Shown: positions 58,386 through 64,000 of the stretch, piece by piece | How the letters are laid out: the number at the start of each line of letters is the position of its first letter | Numbering within the stretch: position 1 is the stretch's first letter | Source: Candidatus Poribacteria bacterium | GTDB lineage: Bacteria > Poribacteria > WGA-4E > WGA-3G | DNA length: 64,000 bases | Direction: 5' to 3' | Assembly (NCBI GenBank): GCA_963663765.2 | Contig: CAXXUA010000005.1 | Coordinates: 1,152,001 to 1,216,000, forward strand | Position numbers and translations under genes: made by a program | Notes under the pieces: model-generated | The model's input: the letters and a program-made list of their open reading frames with translations, nothing else | What the model was told of the DNA's origin: nothing | The model's database searches: none

Positions 58386-59225
58386 ATGGCTGAAGAAAAA
58401 AACAATGAAATCGTTCATGTAGCGACAGAAGTAGATGACATTGACCAAATTGACGATCAAGCAATTGTTGAACTGATGACAGGCCAAACGATTCAAGACT
58501 ACGTCTACTCTTTCAGACAAGGGGGACGTGTTGTTGAAGGATTAACGTTAGCAGGGATTAATGAAGCAGCGAACCGTCGTGGTGGCATTCAAGTAGACGA
58601 ACTCAATTATGAAGAACAAGATAACTCCTGGATTGCGACTGTCAAAGCAGTAGATACGATTACAGGTAATTCTCGTTGGGGGGCGTATGAGCAACCGAAA
58701 ATGAACGGTAGTCGTCCCGACCCCTACGCGTTCACAAAAGCAGTACACAAAGCACAAAGGAACGCTATCAAACAATTACTACCAGTTCCTGTGATACGCG
58801 AAGTCCTTAACTACTACTTACATAGAAAAGCAGGAGGGACCAACCCCCGTCAACTACCACAACCACAAAAAGCTAACGATAATATCACGAACGCACAAAA
58901 AGCCGCATTCGCAATTGCTAACAAACTTGCAGAACCACTAAAAAAGAAAGGTATTGAAAAAGAAGGTCTTTGGACTTATATCAAACGCAAATACAACGTT
59001 GAATCCCGAAACGACATGACAGAACAGCAATGGACACAACTCTCAGCTGAACTCAAAGCAGCAGAAACTGCGTCAAATCTATTTGATGAACTGTGTAAAC
59101 GTATTCAGCAATTAACTGCAGCAACCGAAGAAAGTGAAGTACCAACCGTGAAGGAAACTGAAGATACTGAAACCGAATATAAAACTGAGACTAAAGATAA
59201 GGAAGCAGATAAAGCACCTTTTTAG
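58386..59225 (+). CDS. Putative single-strand annealing protein (Rad52/Sak/RecT-like) with helical C-terminal domain and acidic PF tail
   Basis: GLTLAGINEAA, beta-strand block WIATVKAVD...RWG, then AFTKAVHKAQRNAIKQLLP; ends ..EADKAPF. Confidence 0.55.
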   Translation: MAEEKNNEIVHVATEVDDIDQIDDQAIVELMTGQTIQDYVYSFRQGGRVVEGLTLAGINEAANRRGGIQVDELNYEEQDNSWIATVKAVDTITGNSRWGAYEQPKMNGSRPDPYAFTKAVHKAQRNAIKQLLPVPVIREVLNYYLHRKAGGTNPRQLPQPQKANDNITNAQKAAFAIANKLAEPLKKKGIEKEGLWTYIKRKYNVESRNDMTEQQWTQLSAELKAAETASNLFDELCKRIQQLTAATEESEVPTVKETEDTETEYKTETKDKEADKAPF

Positions 59226-59259
59226 TCCTATTTTTGAAATTATTGAAAAGGAGTTCATA

Positions 59260-60051
59260 ATGAAAAAATTATTTATAACTATCGCTGTGATTAGTATGTT
59301 TATAGGTATTCCGCTACAGAGTGACGCTAACCCAACGAATGGATTAGTCCTACATCTGAGTTTTGATGAGAATACTATACAAGGCGATACCGTAATGGAC
59401 CAGTCAGGAAATAACAATCATGGAACGATTAACGGTGACGCACTGACCGTTACAGGAAAGCATGGGGAAGCGTTGGAATTTGACGGTGTGGATGACTTTG
59501 TTGAAGTTCCATTGGTAGATTCTGTTACCTTTTCCACTGGTGATTCCCTCACTGTTCAGGTGTGGGTGAAAACAGACGACGAACCACCAAGAAATGATGG
59601 AATTGTTGGCAACTATAGACCAAGCACGAATGCACTATGGTTATTATCTATCAGTGGTGACAACGCAGCACTCCGCGGTCAAATGGGTTTTAGCGTCCGG
59701 GATCAGGCTCGCACCAGTGCTGGAGTCCGGTCTGAGAACTTCCTGAATGATGGCGCATGGCATGTCCTTGCTGGGGTCCGAGACCAAGACGCAAAAAAAC
59801 TACGGTTCTATGTAGATAATGAATTAATTGAGGAAGTTGATGATAATACACAAGACATCAACAGCGGACAGTCAATCTGGATTGGTGAGCATCTAAACCG
59901 ATTTTACAAGGGATTAATTGATGAAGTAAAAATCTGGAATATCGCTCTGACCGCTGCAGAAATTGACCAATCAGGACAGGTGCCATCCTCCGTTGATGCA
60001 ACTGAAAAACTCACAACCACATGGGGAAACATCAAGGCAACACTACAATAA
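59260..60051 (+). CDS. Secreted LamG/concanavalin A-like domain protein with KLTTTWGNIK tail
   Basis: Signal peptide; DQSGNNNHG, ALEFDG, WH..AGV and GLIDEVKIW motifs. Confidence 0.9.
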   Translation: MKKLFITIAVISMFIGIPLQSDANPTNGLVLHLSFDENTIQGDTVMDQSGNNNHGTINGDALTVTGKHGEALEFDGVDDFVEVPLVDSVTFSTGDSLTVQVWVKTDDEPPRNDGIVGNYRPSTNALWLLSISGDNAALRGQMGFSVRDQARTSAGVRSENFLNDGAWHVLAGVRDQDAKKLRFYVDNELIEEVDDNTQDINSGQSIWIGEHLNRFYKGLIDEVKIWNIALTAAEIDQSGQVPSSVDATEKLTTTWGNIKATLQ

Positions 60052-60100
60052 AACCATGGGCAGTGCCTTGTAAATTCAAAGTTTATCCGCATAATTTAGT

Positions 60101-60131
60101 CGCGGGACATTCGTGTCCCGCCTTTGTTTTC
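60101..60131 (+). terminator. Possible terminator or REP hairpin
   Basis: GCGGGACA-TTCG-TGTCCCGC followed by a T-rich tract. Confidence 0.5.
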
Positions 60132-60330
60132 TAAATTGGTCTACAACACATACCGAAAAACTGCTATAAATCTAACAACCTACTTTCTTAGTGGTTCTTT
60201 CGGCAATTAATTTTAGCATAAAATAAAAGTCCAATGCTGAAGAACCCAGTAGTCATCCGTTTAAGTAGGAGATCATCAATGGAAACATATAATAAATACA
60301 TAGCAAGAAAACCACTTAGAGAGAAATCTA

Positions 60331-61038
60331 ATGAATGTATTGATTACCTCCGGACGTTCTGAATTAACACACAAATTAGCAACTACCATCTCTGAATCGC
60401 ATACGATACGACTAACAGAAATTGAACCTGTTGATACCGACTTTGAATTCATTCAGAGTGAGTTAGGACACGACGAATCAACGAATGACTTGGTGAAAGG
60501 CATAGACACAATTGTCCACATTGCTGAAATACCACCTACCCTCTTAGCAAAAGCTTGTGTACCAGAGAGTTTTGAGATTGACTATCAAACACGCTGTACC
60601 TATAACTTATTGATGGCGGCATCCACAGAGGGTGTGAAACACTTTATCTATACCAGTACACTCCGATTGTTTGAACACCACGATGAAGATTGGACCGTCA
60701 AAGAGAATTGGAGACCGCGTCCCAGTACAGATAGTTTTGTACTCTCAAAACACCTCGGAGAGTTTACGTGTCGTGAATTCGCACGAGAGGGAAAAATAAA
60801 TGTAACATGTCTCCGCCTCGGTGTTATTACTACGGCTGAAGAAGCAGCAAATGCGGAGTTCAACTCTATGTGGCTCGAAATGAATGATGCAGTTGCAGCA
60901 TTCCATGGTGCGCTTAATGCACCATCAAGATGGGGTATTTTTCATGTTCAGTCAGAATTCCCTGGTTCCCGTTTCACTATAGGCAAAGCAAAGGGACACC
61001 TGAAATTCAATCCACAATTTGTCCCACCAGAAAAATAA
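60331..61038 (+). CDS. NAD-dependent epimerase/dehydratase family protein (degenerate motifs)
   Basis: Rossmann start, TYNLL, FVLSK in place of YxxxK. Confidence 0.75.
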   Translation: MNVLITSGRSELTHKLATTISESHTIRLTEIEPVDTDFEFIQSELGHDESTNDLVKGIDTIVHIAEIPPTLLAKACVPESFEIDYQTRCTYNLLMAASTEGVKHFIYTSTLRLFEHHDEDWTVKENWRPRPSTDSFVLSKHLGEFTCREFAREGKINVTCLRLGVITTAEEAANAEFNSMWLEMNDAVAAFHGALNAPSRWGIFHVQSEFPGSRFTIGKAKGHLKFNPQFVPPEK

Positions 61039-61080
61039 CAGACACAGCATGTGCTAAACACAAACACTAAGGAAATAACA

Positions 61081-61806
61081 ATGAAAGTTCTTATTTTAGG
61101 CGGTAACGGGTTTCTCGGACCACACGTAGTTAAAGCACTGGCACCTTACTACACCCTGCGCGTAACGGATATCAACGATATTGAAACTAAGCATGAATCC
61201 ATGCATGTTGACGTTGGTTCATTAGAACAGGTGTTGAAAGCAGCTAAAGGGATGGATACTATTATAAACTGTTCAGTGCTTCGTCATGACCGCCAGTTAG
61301 CATTTGATGTGAGTACACGTGGAGCTTATAATACGATGCGTGCTGCTGTTGAACACGGAATCCGCCGCGTCATCAACACCGGTCCACACTTCACCATCCA
61401 AGGCGATGCCTACACCAGTTGGGATTACGAGATTAACCCTGATGTACCACCCAAAACAAGCACAGGTCTTTATCCACTAACTAAAGGACTAGGACAGGAA
61501 ATCTGTAAAGTCTTTACTGAACATTATGATATTTATGTCCTCTGCTACCTTTTTCTTAGTTTTCAGGAACTCAATTATGAGAAAGAAGGCACTGATCTCA
61601 ACCCATTTTCCGTCAGTTGGCGTGATGCAAGTGAGGCGTTTCGATTAGGATTAGAAATTGATTTGGAAGCTTTGCCATCAAGGTGTGAGATTTTCAACAT
61701 CTTTGCTGACTTGCCGCATCAGCAGTTCTCAAATGTCAAAACAAAACGAATTTTAGGATTTAATCCCCAGGATAATTTTGAGTGGATGTGGCATAAGAAA
61801 AAGTGA
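61081..61806 (+). CDS. NAD-dependent epimerase/dehydratase (uronate dehydrogenase-like)
   Basis: GGNGFLG and YPLTK motifs; MKV start after AAGGA RBS. Confidence 0.85.
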   Translation: MKVLILGGNGFLGPHVVKALAPYYTLRVTDINDIETKHESMHVDVGSLEQVLKAAKGMDTIINCSVLRHDRQLAFDVSTRGAYNTMRAAVEHGIRRVINTGPHFTIQGDAYTSWDYEINPDVPPKTSTGLYPLTKGLGQEICKVFTEHYDIYVLCYLFLSFQELNYEKEGTDLNPFSVSWRDASEAFRLGLEIDLEALPSRCEIFNIFADLPHQQFSNVKTKRILGFNPQDNFEWMWHKKK

Positions 61807-61911
61807 TTTCTGCCTGAGTTTTCTTCATATTCTCATCATTTGCATTTACACAAAAATCTATGTTAAACTCATCAAAAACTGATGTGAAACATAACTTCAG
61901 GTGGAGAAGAA

Positions 61912-62200
61912 ATGGCAAGCATAGAAAACCCACCTGAACTTACGGTTGATCATCTACTATAAAATGTCAAAAAGTTATAACCCAGTGAAATTAGATGAAT
62001 TCACATAAAAATTAACAGCGTGACAGGAACGAATAGACATATCTATAGACGAGGAACTTGATCCTAATGCCTCAGATTGGGTTAAAAGCGGAGAATGATG
62101 TCCTCTTAACGAGTTACGCAAACGCAAAGCATGTGTGTTGGAAAGCGCACAAAAGAATTTGTAACTCCAATGAATACTCTCGCAACTTTGACTAACGGAT
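61912..62200 (+). pseudogene. Decayed small gene
   Basis: GGAG RBS and ATG, MASIENPPELTVDHLL then repeated stops and frameshifts in otherwise coding-like sequence. Confidence 0.35.
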
Positions 62201-62224
62201 TGATTTAACCAACAACGATTAACA

Positions 62225-62998
62225 ATGAACACTAAGCTTTTTGCACACCGCGGCGGTATGGCGCGCGCCCCCGAAAATACACTCGCCTCCTTTAAACAAG
62301 CACTCGCAGACGGTGCTGATGGATTTGAATGTGATGTCTGCCTTACGCAAGATAAGCAACCTGTGTTGATCCACGTTGGTTTCAACCGAACCGATATTCG
62401 CAAAGCTACTGGATGTCAAACACCTCTCAATCAACTAAAATGGGTAGATGTCCAGCAAATAAAAATGGTAAACTCAGACCAACCTATAGCACACCTTGAT
62501 GACGCACTCAGATTTGCAAAAGAAAACCAATTCCACTGTTTTATTGAACCAAAGACCGACGCCCCCGAAATTCTTCCAATTATCATAGAAAGGCTACATC
62601 ACTTTGATATCGTTCACCTCGTTAATATACTCACCTTTTACCTGCACAAACAATTACTTGTTGATGCCAAAAAATTAGAGCCAAGACTCCACACGAGTGC
62701 AATCTTGATTAACCCATTGACAAACTACCTTAAGGCTGCGAAAAATATCAATGCAAATCGTATCATTCTCGGTTGGAACAAAATTAATCATTTTGGGATC
62801 TACAATTCATTAACGCGTTCCGTTCCACGACAAGTGAAGGAACTTCGTGAAAATAATATCGTTGTTGAAGCAGGATTTATTATGACTGACCAAGATGTGA
62901 ACTGGGCAATAAAAAACGGTATTGAAGGGTTGTGGGTAGATGATGTACCTCACATCAGAAACTATGTTAAACAGATTAAAAAGAAAACCGGAACATAG
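62225..62998 (+). CDS. Glycerophosphodiester phosphodiesterase family protein
   Basis: AHRGG, PENTL, ECDV and H motifs. Confidence 0.9.
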   Translation: MNTKLFAHRGGMARAPENTLASFKQALADGADGFECDVCLTQDKQPVLIHVGFNRTDIRKATGCQTPLNQLKWVDVQQIKMVNSDQPIAHLDDALRFAKENQFHCFIEPKTDAPEILPIIIERLHHFDIVHLVNILTFYLHKQLLVDAKKLEPRLHTSAILINPLTNYLKAAKNINANRIILGWNKINHFGIYNSLTRSVPRQVKELRENNIVVEAGFIMTDQDVNWAIKNGIEGLWVDDVPHIRNYVKQIKKKTGT

Positions 62999-63006
62999 TA
63001 CATAAA

Positions 63007-64000
63007 ATGAATGTCACTGTCTGTAACCCTTTACTCAGAACTCCCCTCTCCCTTATTGTTGACGATTCGTGTCCTGTAATCAATCTCACTTATTATTGGA
63101 TACAGCAAAGGCACGCATGGAAAGCACGACACCAACCGAACACCCCTCCGGATCGTTGGGAAGGTGATGCAGCACAACACAAAAATATGCCACAAACAAT
63201 TCCCGCAGATTTCGCATGGGAGTGGGCAGAATGGTGTTGGGAAAACGGAGTCAAAGGAAAATTTAGCCTTATTCCATATCCCGCTGGAATGGGACGCGTT
63301 GATGAAGGATTCCCAGATTTCCCAAAATACGAATATCAGTCGTGGCTGCGAATATATCGAGAAATTATCTGGCCAAACTTCGATTTAACGCCTGAGATGT
63401 TGACACATACCGCTATTGTTGATCTGAAAACACTCACACTAACTGAGGAATGGGAACAAGTTGAATGGGTCAACCCTCCTATAGATAATAGATTAACAGA
63501 CTATATCATCACCGCTATGGAGATGCTCAATAATGTAGGCATTCCGTGTGAAGGCGTAACAAGTCCGGGAGCATTCGGTAAACGACAAGAAGCAGCGTAT
63601 GCAAAAGCTGTGTTAACAGCATCTCAGGAGGTTAATAACGATCCGCGCCCCTTCTATTTCCTATGGCTGAAACGTGATGAACTCCCAGATGTACCTATCT
63701 GGTACGCTGAAAAGGAAAAAGGAATCGCTATCGCAAGTATCGTTTCATGTGCTGGAGATTGGTTTGGTGGATGGACTGGTTACGATTTGGGTAATGCGGA
63801 TCGGTTCATCACGGAAGATTTACAACATGGACGATTGCCAACAATTCTTAAACAGGAACTGCCATGTGTAATTGTTGGACATTGGCCCGGTTTTTATTTT
63901 AACGGAGAAAAATATGGATTTGATGTCCTGAAAACCGTCAAAGCAAGATTAGATGATTACGACCCCGATGGAACAAAAACACTTTGGATGAAAACTTCAG
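63007..64000 (+). CDS. Hypothetical protein, possibly a carbohydrate esterase-like fold (3' end outside window)
   Basis: Open frame MNVTVCNPLLRTPLSLIVDDSCPVINL...GVKGKFS...EMLTH...GVTSPGAFG runs to the window end. Confidence 0.75.
   Translation, partial: MNVTVCNPLLRTPLSLIVDDSCPVINLTYYWIQQRHAWKARHQPNTPPDRWEGDAAQHKNMPQTIPADFAWEWAEWCWENGVKGKFSLIPYPAGMGRVDEGFPDFPKYEYQSWLRIYREIIWPNFDLTPEMLTHTAIVDLKTLTLTEEWEQVEWVNPPIDNRLTDYIITAMEMLNNVGIPCEGVTSPGAFGKRQEAAYAKAVLTASQEVNNDPRPFYFLWLKRDELPDVPIWYAEKEKGIAIASIVSCAGDWFGGWTGYDLGNADRFITEDLQHGRLPTILKQELPCVIVGHWPGFYFNGEKYGFDVLKTVKARLDDYDPDGTKTLWMKTS

Overview
A 64-kb chromosomal segment of a diderm bacterium. The lineage is most likely Candidatus Poribacteria. 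This is an inference from the membrane-anchored ECF sigma/beta-propeller fusion, the WD40, NHL and LamG proteins, and the C-terminal KLTTTWGxIK tail. The housekeeping backbone includes gap-tpiA-secG, uxaC, galK/ROK kinase, an Rsb-type partner-switching cluster, mnmG-rsmG, a tRNA cluster with tadA, large SRP RNA-dnaX-ybaB-recR, rsmI, tsaE and xylG. Genes missed or mis-called by the ORF track include a SelW/Rdx selenoprotein (CxxU, 6520-6753), the 3' end of gap and a CDS running off the right edge. Accessory genes include a DddK/DddW-like cupin, an ECF sigma-TM-propeller followed by a headless paralogous propeller module, and an IS5. Also present are a 1132-aa degenerate PrimPol/helicase-like protein, a tnpB/omega-RNA relic, a HEAT-fused MTase with a stop-interrupted CfrBI-like nuclease, and a Rad52/Sak-like protein. 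The most striking signal is non-coding and has three nested tiers. Several unrelated MITE shells with TIRs (target duplications visible for several) carry GTAG-type REP hairpins or 52-53-bp tandem arrays. Into those hairpins a 34-44-nt micro-element has inserted five times, always at a C|G step and without a target duplication. All family assignments come from motif recognition; no database searches were run.
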